From Haplodiscus bocki (Eukaryota): a DNA stretch of 64,000 nt. A model generated the notes under the pieces. That model worked only from the letters and a program-made list of their open reading frames with translations. It had not been told where the DNA came from and ran no database searches. Position 1 is the stretch's first letter, and each line of letters starts with the position of its first letter. This document shows, piece by piece, positions 13,301 through 24,899 of the stretch. The stretch spans positions 29,326,001 through 29,390,000 of the forward strand of contig OZ296652.1 in the NCBI GenBank assembly GCA_965655095.1, written 5' to 3'. Both the position numbers and the translations under genes were made by a program.

Positions 13301-14461
13301 AGCGGTCAACTTTGCCAACTGGTGAACAAGACTTTTTCGTGTGCGGCCAGATGCGTGAATTTTTACGCCGTCTATTGCGAAGGATTGTGGCGCGGAGTTG
13401 TTTACCTGCTGAATGGGATTACGATGCGTTGCGATCGTTTGACTTTACCGTTGGTGATTTGTTGAGCATCCCGGAGTTTATGCAAAAGTCGGAATTTCGG
13501 GCAAAAGTATTGAAAGTTGCAAGATCGAAGATTGATGTTGAACGTGAGCGTGGAAAGAAGTCAAAGTCTGATGCAGTTGCAAAAACGGTAATGGGAGAAT
13601 CATTCAATCCCTTTATTGACCACTGTAGACAGTACATGAAATATGTGGCGAAGGAATTATTGAGGCACCCTACGTTTAAATGAGACCTAGTTATTGGTCT
13701 GGCGTGTTTTGTATATGCAGTATTGTTCAAGTTACCAAAGACTGTTGCTGTTGATTGTTACCAGCAATTGTCCCAGAGATTCAGCTCGCGGGGCTGGGTT
13801 GCGGAACGTTCATATTGATGGCTATGTAGAATTTATAGACGACGTGAGGCATGTTTATCTAGACGAATTGGGTGTTGGACCAGCTGTTGAAGACATGGTT
13901 TCCTTCCTTTCCTCATGTCCCGAATTGTCACCGAGGGAGTATACCTGGGAGTTGTTCAAATTATGTTGTTTCTGCTGGGGTCATGTTTCTCTTAAATTGC
14001 CTGATGTTTGGCTTGGGTCAAGTAAGGTTGGAGTGACCAGTGTTGACCTGTCGTCTGTCAGCGGGCCAATACAGGGATACTTGCTTGATTGTGATTCTGA
14101 AGAGACTTTCTTCACTCATCCGGGGTGCATTTCGTCTTGTTTGGAGTTGCTTGAGACCTTTTGAGATAGGGCTTTGCATTCTGATTACAATCCTTGGGAA
14201 TCAGTTGACGCTCACGGATACTGGAGTATTCGAGCCGAATTGGAAAAGTTATATAAAGCTGTGAGGGTTGCGAGGGATGTAGAGTCTTCTTCATCTTTGA
14301 GTGAGCCTGTAATTGTATCGAAAAAACTACCCGAGCAACGTCGGCACCCTGAACAACGTCCACCCATTGATATTGGAAAAATGCCTCATAGTGGTGTGGC
14401 TGATTTGTTGGCTGGTAAATTGCGACCAAAGCGTAAAACTTTTGATGCAGAGTCATCCTGA
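10336..14461 (+). pseudogene. Large antisense accessory gene with a BED-like zinc finger, probably spliced
   Basis: Chain of + strand ORFs (10336, 11058, 11903, 12422, 12652, 13270, 13694, 14174). 'CFFCMICRRNV*MKSRGLHEFR*HFQRERH' at ~11813-11902. AT-rich, stop-rich interruptions at ~12253-12449 and 13113-13203. Confidence 0.6.
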
Positions 14462-14645
14462 ATTCTTACGGAAAATTCATTATACTTTGTTTGTTATTGT
14501 ATTGTTGCTTTTGTTGATGATTAGTATTTTTTTCAGATTGCCCCAGAACTAGAAAAATGAAAAAATTGAGTGAAGTGTGTGCGAGGAAAAAATTAGAGAT
14601 TGAGAATAGCATACGAAAAGGGGCTTGAATAAATTTTTGCACACG

Positions 14646-16450
14646 TCAATATCTGTAAATTTCTGAGCATTTATGAACAAGATTAGGGCGCAAGTTGTAT
14701 TTGCCTCCTCTAGAAGGACTAGGTTCATCTTTCGGAATACTTTCAGCAGTAGGATCGTTGATCTCAATCATTGAAGGGTTATCACTTTGCCTCGATGGTG
14801 GTTGTTGCATAGGTGCACATGTAGTTTCAGTGTCCGTGCTTGGCTCGGATGTTTGGTCGGAAGTATTGTTGTGAGTTAGGTCTGTAGTGGTCTCATTGTC
14901 CTGACTTTGACCATTCAATTTAGGCTTTAAAAGTTGTGGTACAGATGGGTCAGAAATGGGGCAGGTTTCCCGATTTTGACTATCCCTTGATTCATGAAAA
15001 TGGGAGCGTGGGACAAAAACAGTATATGGTCCCTGTGTGTAACTTTCATCAAAATCAGATGCGTTAGGATCAGTATAAATGATAGGAATGTCAAATAGGT
15101 GTTCACCAAACTCCGCTTCCCGTGCAATTGTGCGTAAATCATCTTGTGGAATAACGATATTATCGTCAGTCTGCCATTGAGCTTCTTGATAGTTGTCTTC
15201 AGGAGGTTTTTCAGGATTGTTCTATCGGAGGCGGATTCTGTGTAGGATTTGAGTTTTGTTTGTATTGAGTTTTCGGACAATATAATTATTGTTGGGTAGG
15301 ACTTTCTCTACTAAGTAGGGACCAATCCAACGTAAGTCACGGAGCGGTACTTTTGACCCTTGGTGGTCCGCTTTTGACTGAAGTATAAAGCAGTAATGTT
15401 TTTCTTTTAAAGGTGAAGCTTTTGCTTTTTTGTCATAATACTTCTTGTTTTTAATGTACGATTGCATGACATTTTTCTTGGTTTTGTCTTATAAACTTTT
15501 GGTTCTGCGCAGAAACTCTTCGGCAAAGTCTGTAGTAGGTGCGATATTGGGATTAGATCGTAAGCCAAGTTTCTGGTCTGGGATATTCAGTGAAAATCTG
15601 CCATGGAACACTCGGCTTGGCTCACAATCGATACTGGAATGATATGTCGTGTTGTAATTCAGGATTGCAATGGGTAAATATTTGTGCTATTGTTTCCTGT
15701 ATTCGCCTGATGCCATTTTCAGAGAAGTCTTGATTGTGGCGTGGGCCCGTTCTAGGACCCCGATGGTTTGTGCATGTTTCGTTGTGGCATGTTTCAAGTT
15801 TATGCCCAATATTTCGGATCTTTCGGCTTTGGAGACGAAAACGCTTCCTTTGTCTGTTATAATGAGTGTAGGTAAGTAGGCGTGTCTTGTCATAATGTCT
15901 ATCATAACTTTTGCTGTGTTTACTGCCGTGGGGTTGGAGACTGGAAAGGCAATTGCGTATCTTGAAAATACATCTATTGCCGTAATGATATTCTCATACC
16001 CTCCACTTGACGGTAATTCTGGCAAGAAGTCGATTTGCATAAGGTCTTCCGGTCCGACATCCCAGTGTGGGATATGGAAATAATTCTGGACTGCTTCGTG
16101 TGTTGTTTATGCGTTTATCTTGAATGCATATTTCGCAATCACGAACCCAGTTTCTGACATACGTTGCAATTGAAGAGAAGTAAAACTTCTGACGGATTTC
16201 TTGCATCATCTTTGAAATGCCTAGGTGTTTGCCAGCTGTTCCATGTAATGATTGTAGTAGCACTTTGAGCAATTGTCCGGGCAAAAGGACCTGTAAGTGA
16301 CTGACTTCACCAGTATCGTTATAGTACTGTCGACAGAGTATGTCATCTTGGAAGATAATACGCTTTTTGTTTCTAGAATAGTGCATGTAATGTGCATAAT
16401 TTATTTAGATCTGTTCGTCAAATGGTAATCCCAACATTTCTTGTTTGAAG
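14646..16450 (-). pseudogene. pol: Gypsy integrase (HHCC zinc finger, DDE core, GPY motif) plus C-terminal tail
   Basis: 'HGTAGKHLG...CEIC', 'QIDFL...IDVFSRY...IITDKGSVF...GVLERAH', 'WIGPYLV'. Confidence 0.93.
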
Positions 16451-16749
16451 TTTGGTAATGTTGGGTCTGAGTCTTGTTCGATGGTTATACGTGATGGTTT
16501 TGTCAACTTTGCTGTATTCACAATTGTTGTGTCTTTGTGTAGGTCATTTGCAATGTTACACGACACTGTGATGACTGGTGGATCGTTAGGTATGGCATTT
16601 CATGCTTCTTCTTTACGTTTCCAAAGTTCTTTCTCTCTGGAATCTTGTTGGTCTGTAGTATCAAAGAAGACCGGTTCTTCTTGTGCAATACCTGTAGATT
16701 CAATGTTCACTTCAATCAGTTTTGTTGGAATGTCTTCTCTGATTTTAAA

Positions 16750-17230
16750 AATTGCTTTCTCGTTTGGATCCTTTTCTAATCGAGATAAAAAATCTGCTGC
16801 GGTGTTCATTTTTCCTGGAAAGTGTGCAACAGAAAATTAAATTGCATTACGAAGTCGCAGGTATTCCATAAGGGTGGAGGAACCATTTTTGTTTGGAAGA
16901 ATCTAGTGACTGATTTCCTAACTGTCATGATAATGACTGGTTTGGCGGCACCACAAAATATATGTCCAAATTCTTTGAAGGCCATAAAAATGGCTAAAAA
17001 TTCTTTTGCGTAGATGGACAATTTGATTTGGGACGGTGAGTATGTCTTTGAGCCATAAGCTATGGGCGCCTAAGGTTTGCGTGATGAAATGTACTTTTGG
17101 TTCGGCTCGTCTTCTATTAACACTGCATAACCAGCTGCTTGAAAGCTTGCATCGGTCATGAGGACCAGTTGTTTAAGAGGTAGTGGCTGACGTAAAGCCA
17201 GCTGGCAGCATGGGTCTAAAGCTTCGTTTA
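16750..17230 (-). pseudogene. pol: RNase H domain
   Basis: 'VLMTDASFQAAGYAVL', 'SIYAKEFLAIFMAFKEFGH', 'NTAADFLSR'. Confidence 0.9.
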
Positions 17231-17318
17231 TTTACCTGAATTCTTTCATGATTTCGGGGATAATCGGAATTTTGGCTTTGGCATCCGTTGTTTTGAGTAG
17301 TTGAAAGAACGGATTGAG

Positions 17319-18180
17319 TCATTCTGCCGATCTAGGTATATAGTTGCGGTAGTAATTCAAGAATCTAATGTACCTTTGAAGTGCTTTTCTGGATCGTGGA
17401 AACTTGATTTTTTCAAGGAATTTGGTGATCTTCTGTTTTTGTGGGGCCACTCCTTTGGTTGTTATTGTTCGTCCAAGGAAATCTACTTCTTGTACCCCAA
17501 AATGGCATTTAGCCATGCTGAGTTTAAGGCCAGCTTTCAGCAGGCACTGGAAAACTGCTCGTAGGTTTTTGATCAATTGTTCAGGCGTTTTGTCGGCTAT
17601 GCCAATATCGTCGACATATTGTGCACATTGATCGGCTTTGTTGACTGGATCGAGGTATTCACGTTTGAAGCTCGAAAATTCCGATAGGGAACGACTAAGT
17701 CCTTGTGCCAATCTTCGGTATGCGAATGTTCTACTTGCGAAGTTGAATGCAAGGAGTTCGATTGATTGCTGGTCAGCCATTTGGAGGCAGTGATACGCCT
17801 GGGAACAATCAAGTTTGCAGAATAAGTTTTTCCGAGCCATATGCTGTGCTGTATCCGTTAAAGTGCTGACCGGATGGTTATTGTTAATGTAATCATCTGG
17901 GATGAGTGTTTTTTTTCCGAAGGTCAAAAAAAGCGTAGTTTCCCATTTTGTTTCCTTTGTGCGAAAATTGGACTAGCATTTTTACGGAAGGTTAGTGTCG
18001 TGATGATACCGTACTTGTGTAATAGGGCTAGTTCCGCGAGAATGTTGTCCTTGAGATTAATCGATGCAGGAAGTCTTTGACTATAAGCAGGCCTGTTGTC
18101 TAAAGGTGTAAGTTGTACTTTGAACTCTGTTTTGATTCCGATGTCAAAACGGTTTCGCGCAAAAATGTGGTCAAATTCAA
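17319..18180 (-). pseudogene. pol: Reverse transcriptase
   Basis: 'KLDCSQAYH', 'RLAQGL', 'YVDDI', 'CHFGVQEVDFLG'. Confidence 0.95.
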
Positions 18181-18501
18181 CGAGTAGGTCTTCGACGGTT
18201 TGTTTGGCGTCCGGTTGTAGAGTGGAATTTTTCCAATCGAAATTGGATAGAAATTGATCTCGGGAGTCGGTATCTTCTAGTGGGTTTAATTTCTCTAATT
18301 GTTCTAGTTCTCCTAATTCCTTGAGAATAAGTGTGTGAATGGGCGTAAGTTTTTTTCCTTGTCCGGGTTTTGTGGCGTTGGGAACCAGTAGGTCTCCTTG
18401 ATTTCATTGGTTTTGGATGTTTCCAAAAGTCCATTTTTGTAATGCATAGCATCGTCAAGATTGTTATTCAGAAGGTGCCTCACTGAGGTAGGATTGACTG
18501 A

Positions 18502-19365
18502 TCAAAGGTGTTTTGTTTGTTCCGGAGTCAATATGGAGAAATTCGCAAAGTGCGTTCCTCTCTTGGAGGTGTAAGGGTGGTCTAGAAAATTGCTAATTTG
18601 GACCATGTGTTTGTTATTTTGTGTTGACGAATTTGCTGGACAAATGAGAAGATCTTCGTCGTTCTCCAGAAATGGCGATGGTTGAAATATTCCTGACGCC
18701 TCGTTATCTCTATAAATCTGTGACTTTACCCAAAATGTGGTTCGTTTTCCCAGTTGCAGTATGGTTTCTACTGGGTTTCGTATGGGTTCAATAACAATTG
18801 GGTATGTCCGGTCTTCATCTTTCAATTGCATTGAAAAGAAAGGAAAATTCAAGATTCCTTGACTCATATTGAGTATTGTACTGTTGCGATGTAGGACTAA
18901 GAGACCGATCAAATGGCTTGTCAGATTTGTCATGACTATGATTTTTTCTCTGAATGTAATGTCACCGACTTCGAATTGCAATTCTACTGTTGCAATAGGT
19001 GCTTCTAACTGTCCATTGGCAGCCATAATTTGGAACTCAGGTGGTGGGCCTTTATTTAATAGTGTATGTGGAGCCAATAATCGATTTTTGCGTAAGTTGG
19101 CTTCCGGAATGGCGGTTGACAAAGCACCTTTATCTATGAGCCCGTCAATTTTTAACTGCCCGAAATCCATAGGAAAATAAAGCATTTTTCTCATATTCTT
19201 CAATGGCAATTTTGTTGAGAGCGAGAAAAACCTTGTGAGTCCGTCTGGTGTTACCTGGAGCTGTGGTAAATTTTGGTCGTCGATGACTGTTGTTTGCCTT
19301 TGTTGATTTCGTGGTCTCGGCTGAAAGTTTGGTAATGTTGATGTATCAGGTAAATGTGGGTTCAC
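18502..19365 (-). pseudogene. pol: Retropepsin (aspartic protease) region
   Basis: 'IDGLIDKGALS' (degenerate DTGA), 'IMAANGQ', 'LIGLLVL'. Confidence 0.85.
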
Positions 19366-19812
19366 TGTTCACAAATTTATCAATGCATATGGTAGTGCGT
19401 CTGATACATGTGCATCCGTAATCAAGTCATCACTTTCGATTTGGTCATTTGGTTTGTTGTAAGTATCTTTGTACTCCATTTTGTCTCGATCATATAAGTC
19501 TTCATCCCAATAGGGGTCGAGTCCGTATTGAGGGTCAACGAAGTATGTATCGTGAACAACTATTTCTGGGATGGGCCTAAATTGAGTTTCGAAGGTGTCT
19601 GTGTAGTCGTATTCGTATGTGAGAAGTGTTTTTATGGATTATGTGCATCCTATTATATCTTCGTATGTGGGCTTTTTCCATTTGTTCCTGGCAGACAACT
19701 GATGGAATTCCTGTGTTTAGTGTTTTATGAGAGTGTTATTTTATAGTAGGTGGGTCAGATATAAGATATTGTCTGACTGATGGGTAATCAACCCATTGGA
19801 GTCGTGGCTCTT

Positions 19813-20939
19813 TTAGTTTAAAGCGTTTTTGAGAACTGATGAAGGTCCTGAATGGGTCAAGTTTCCTTGTTCTTGCCCATCATTTCGATTGATTACTGGA
19901 TACAACTGTTTGAACCGTTTGGGTCTTTTTGCTGCATTGGCACCACTCTAACATTTTTCTGGAGGATGATTTGTTCGTGGGCAATGAATACATGGTGCAA
20001 ATGATTTAGATAACGAGGGTTTCATGCTTTGGATTGAAGAATCATTTCTTTGCTCCTGTTCCTTTCTCATTCTTTTACGACAGTCTCGGATAACGTGGCC
20101 TTATTTTTTTAAAATAGTGGCATACCTTTTTTGTTTGTTCAAAGTTTTGTTGGTTGTCATTTGGGGGTACTGCCGTCATTGTAGGTATTGTCATTTTTCC
20201 ATCATTTTCTAAAACACTGAGTTCTAATTCTCTTTCGAGATGTGCAACTATTTGGTCATATGTGCCATTTTCCAGGTAAGCTAAATTGAGTGATCGTTTC
20301 AAATGGGGTGGCAGTTTTGCGTAGAGTAAACTGTCAATCATGTGTTGGGAGTTGTCACCGAACGATCTTTCGGCACATTCGTTGAGTTTTTCCACGAAGT
20401 CAGGAAGTGATTTTGTATTGGGATCGAATGTGAGTTTGTGCCATTTGTGTTTAGCTGTAGCTTGTGATTCTGGTTTCACATATTTCCGTCGGAACACAAA
20501 TAGCACGTCATCGAAAGTTTTTTTCGTATGATGCACTTTTATTTCTAAATGTTTGAAGTGCTTCTTTTTGTAAATGGGCGTGAAAATGTTTAATTTTCAT
20601 TGCTTCTATCATCTCTGGTTGCATTTTGAGCATTGTGTGAGTTAGGTCTCCAAATAGTTCCATTTTCTCGTTCTTGCCATCGAAAATTAATGAATTGTTA
20701 GATACTGGTTTGAGCATTGTTGTTGCTTGCGGTCGTTGTTGGGTTGCAACTCCTGCAATTGCATCAGCTAGACGATTAATAGAAGTGTTTGCGTCTGATT
20801 TTTGATTTCTTGGTGTTTGTTCAAGCACTGGTAATCTGTTGTTTTGTGATATTTGTGTTGACAGGTTCTGAAAATGGTGAGATGGTGGGTTGCGTGGTGT
20901 TAAAATGCGTCCTGTAAGGAACTCAGGGATTTGGTTTGT
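19813..20939 (-). pseudogene. gag: Gag core and nucleocapsid
   Basis: 'LIFDGKNEK...HAHLQKEALQTF', 'LLYAKLPPHL', a degenerate 'CHYFKK..' knuckle and 'CIHCPRTNHPPEKC'; ends ...ALN* at 19813. Confidence 0.88.
19816..19822 (-). promoter_or_regulatory. Putative -1 ribosomal frameshift heptamer U UUA AAC at the gag/pol junction
   Basis: Minus strand reads TTTAAAC immediately followed by the gag stop TAA. Confidence 0.6.
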
Positions 20940-21139
20940 NNNNNNNNNNNNNNNNNNNNNNNNNNNNNNNNNNNNNNNNNNNNNNNNNNNNNNNNNNNNN
21001 NNNNNNNNNNNNNNNNNNNNNNNNNNNNNNNNNNNNNNNNNNNNNNNNNNNNNNNNNNNNNNNNNNNNNNNNNNNNNNNNNNNNNNNNNNNNNNNNNNNN
21101 NNNNNNNNNNNNNNNNNNNNNNNNNNNNNNNNNNNNNNN
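20940..21139. other. Assembly gap (N run)
   Basis: About 200 Ns. Confidence 1.
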
Positions 21140-23334
21140 CGGACTAAAAGATTTTTTCCAAAGACAGGAATAATACAGAAAGGTGTTCTACAAATAGCAA
21201 GTTGTTGAATGACGCGTTTATGGAAAAAAACAGACTTTGTGTTGAAAAGTATCATTTTGATTATCAAAGCGAATCAAAAGAACATTCAGTCACTGACAAA
21301 TGCAGTGTAGTAACCATTCAGAAATTTGAAAATGTGGATTAATTTTTTGATGGCTGAAGTGCAACCAGTAAATTCGGAGGATAGCAGGTTTGATTTTCAG
21401 AAAATGTCGTACCCATTCGCAAAAGTTGAAAATTTTTGGCCTAGAAAAGTCCCATCTGAGGATTTCTTCCACAGATATTACTTTTGTATGATGTGCTACA
21501 AATGAGAAATTTTTGTTTCAGGATTTGATCAAGAAAGATTCACACTATTGCTTCCAAAAAATTGAGTTTGATTCTGCAGATGGCGTATATAAAAATGTAT
21601 TTATTGGCCATTCCCGTCTTTGAGGTTTCCGTTGCAAGTTGGAAATGCAAACTTTGAGACTGCAGTAAGTGTATACACTTAAGAAAGTATCGAAATACGT
21701 CCTGTTGGAACAAATGCACCCAATAGTTTTGGAGACGAGCAGGTTTGATTTTTTAAGGGAAATCAATCCTCTGCACTCTCACACTTTTTCGGTCCATGAA
21801 GCTTCTAATTTCAAGAACATAACTAACGTGGAGGTAGTCTTTTGGCCTTTTCCAGCTATTAAACTGTCATATGAGACTTTGATGGAAAAACTGCAGCCAA
21901 AAATATTTGAAAGTTTTTAGTTTTTTCACAAAACGTTCCCAGGTTAACAAGACTTCAGTCGAATTCGGCCCATCAAATATCTGTTGATCTATTGCCAGGA
22001 TAGAAACGCTTCAATTGGCTCTACAAAAACGATTGTTAGTGAATAGTTTGTCTGTTGAACTTTAGATGAAAGAAATGTAGGCGAGTTCTTCTGGAGAAAA
22101 ACAAGTTTCATTTTTGAATGAACTTTTCCTTTCGTTCAAATTTTGACCATTTGGGTACACAGGTTGTCCAATGCAAAGAAACCAACCGGAAAATTTGGTT
22201 TCCGAATTTTTTCAACGAGTATAATGCTGCCAACTCAAATTTTGATGGCAATTTTTGGCCAACAGTTTTGAAGAAAATTTCGTTTGTCTACCAACGATAA
22301 TCATCAATAAACTTAGTTTTTGCGAAAGTCGTCGAAAGAGTTTTCAATTCAAGTCGGAATGCTGAAATTTGTTTGATAAAAACCACTACAGATTTATTCT
22401 CAATTGAGACGTTCATCGATGAAATTTGGCAGATACTTTGGAAGAGAAGTTGGTTTGAGTTGGAGAAATATTTCTGCTGCCGGTAGTTTTTCGCAGATTT
22501 TACTTCTAAACTTTCAGATGTCGAAGTTTGCAGCGGAGTGTTTCTTTAGAAAAAGGCCCACCACAAGTAAACTTTTGTAAACTTGATGAAATGAATCCAA
22601 GTCGATGTTTTCAAGAATAGTGACTTCGGATATCAAGATTGATCAAAACCAAATGCTTTTAAGCCTCCTCTGAGTGTATTGAATCCATAGGGTACACAAG
22701 GACATTGTCTCAGCGAAGAGCTTTTAAAATTGTTTTCTAGATGTTTAAAGTCGAAAAAGTCAAACCATATACGTGTTCTCGAAGAAGTAATTCAGAAAAT
22801 CAAAAGAAAGTTTCGAAATGAGAATCGTTTTTGTAATGAAGATACATTTATAGGAAAAGGCAAGTTCATCGGGTGCTCCAAATGTTTTTCTGGTTTTGGT
22901 AGAAGTTTGGAACGAGTTTGAAGTGATTCTAATAGGTTTACAAGAGAAAACTTTTGAAAAAACAGAAGCTGATTATTCAAAAAGCTCCAAAGTATATTTA
23001 AAAAAACTTTTGTTTCGGGTTAACCAACAATTTTTTAAACTTTCTGGAGAAAAATCGTCTAGCAAAAATAATGGCTTGCTGCGAGTTGGGGCTACCTATA
23101 TGCAGTGACACTGCATATAAGTGTTATACAAGACGTTATTAAATATGCAAGACGAAAACTTTGTGACACTTGCAAGTTCTGGTAGCAGAAAGAAGCTGCA
23201 CCGCTGAATTTAGTTTATTCTATGAAAAAGCACTTTCGATGAAATTTTAAAAATCGCCAGAAAATAATAGTTGTTGTAGGAACAGAAAAAATCCTCAAAC
23301 CGTAATGATAATGTATAAAATACTGTTAAATGCT

Positions 23335-23505
23335 GGGATTCGAAGCTGTACCTAGTGCTTCAGAATCATTTTGTCCGACCCACTGTGCAATGAGAAGTTT
23401 CTGAGATTTTTCAGATTTCAGGAAAAACATAAAACACCATGGCAAGGCAGATATCCAGCCCCTGTCCTACTGCCTGAGAAGTTTTTGTCCTAACCTCACA
23501 GCCTC
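23335..23505 (-). ncRNA. Two tandem degenerate tRNA-like (Pol III A/B box) sequences
   Basis: Minus strand GCACAGTGGGTCGG...GCTTCGAATCCC (23336-23390) and a related GGCTGTGAGGTTAGG...GGCTGGATATCTGC (~23447-23503). Confidence 0.45.
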
Positions 23506-24899
23506 ACTGTTGAAGATATTTTCATTATTAAGGGAAAATTTGGCAAAATATACTGAAATAAAGAGAAAACAATTGACCTGATTGAATGAAAAATTCATCT
23601 TTCACTTTTAGATTTATGTGGCGGAAAATAGAACATTATGATTGTTTCTGAAAACTCGTGGGTACACATTTTACAGCCGTCTCAGTTTAAGAGGGTCTAG
23701 GTACCCTTTTTCAGACTGTTAGACTGAAAATTGTCTCAGGAAAAAACCGTGGCATCTCCCTTTGATGAACCACAACCCTCCAGACACCGAATTATTCAAG
23801 AAACTTCAAAATATTTCTTCGCCACGAATCTCTTGCACTTCCTGAGCGGCACCGAAATCATTTTTCAGATCATTTCATCAAGTTATTTAAACTCTAGCAT
23901 CAACATCCTCAGCCGATCTGAATGTCTGGGGTATCAATAACAAAATTATCAATGAAAATGCTCAATTTATATTTCGAGATAGATTTCAAACATTGGTATC
24001 TAGGGGCCGGATTTTTTGCATTCAGTTTTGTATAGAGAATAGCTTTTTGGAGAATCACTATAGCAGTCGACTTGCAGAAAGTTTCTCAAAAACAGCCGCG
24101 ATTTTGTGTATCAAATACAAAATGTTTGATTTGAAAGTGCCCACTTTCTGTCCAGTAGCAATAAGTTAGCAGAAGTAGAAGGGGAAAGACGAGGGGTCCT
24201 CCAGGGGTCCGAACGTGGGAGGATGGAGTCAAGAAAACTTTTCAGGGAGGGCGGCGGTTATTTTATTACGCCTGCGGCTATTTTTTCAAGGGAGTCGACA
24301 CTTTTATGCTTGATTCTATGTAAAAAAATTGAGTCATAAATGAGAAAAGTAAAATAGTGAGTATATATTTGGACTCCTATAGACTGCAAATATACATTGG
24401 AGTTGATTAACTTTTACTTGTGAATACTTATAAAAACAGTACAAAAAAACTTGAGCTCCAGTAAGTTGTTCCTGAAAGAACTTACAGAAATAAAAAGCTG
24501 CATAAACCGTGTGGAAACACTGGATTGGGATTGCAATTTCACTAGTATCATCTGCTTTTAATGCTGTTTGAGAAAATGAGAAAGCGGAACTTTTTACGTC
24601 AAAAAGAGTCTGCAAATTACATTTCTTGACGAATTTTGAAATCATTATCCGATACCCACCCTGGATTTTGCTGGGTGGTACGAGTTGATAAAATTGAATG
24701 TGTCCTTGAAGGCAGAATTTTTTGATAAGCCAGATGTTTTAGGACGCCTGCGGATCTCTTTTTACGCGGTAGGATTTTTATTCAAGGAGCTGACAATTTT
24801 TTATTTGATGTTTTGTAAAAAGATTGACTAAAAGTCTAAAAAAAACGAAATACAGAGTGTAAAAGTATTCACAAAAACCTCCTTGATCTAAAGTTTGAA

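Larger units (their letters stand above)
6898..20939 (-). mobile_element. Large (>14 kb) decayed Ty3/Gypsy LTR retrotransposon; 5' LTR and PBS lost in the assembly gap
   Basis: gag (two zinc knuckles)-PR-RT-RH-IN order on the minus strand, 3' LTR at 6898-7871, many stops and frameshifts. Confidence 0.95.

Noticed and set aside
8551-14461. env gene in the Gypsy 3' region
   Set aside because: No signal peptide, furin site plus fusion peptide, or C-terminal TM anchor is evident, and the main ORF is antisense.
9943-19809. Inverted 11-bp match AGCCACGACTC (9943 versus ~19799-19809)
   Set aside because: Expected by chance within a 14-kb element.
15445-20531. Plus-strand ORFs overlapping gag-pol
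   Set aside because: Antisense shadows of the minus-strand coding frame with no motifs of their own.
20890-21267. ORFs spanning the N run
   Set aside because: Artefacts of the assembly gap.
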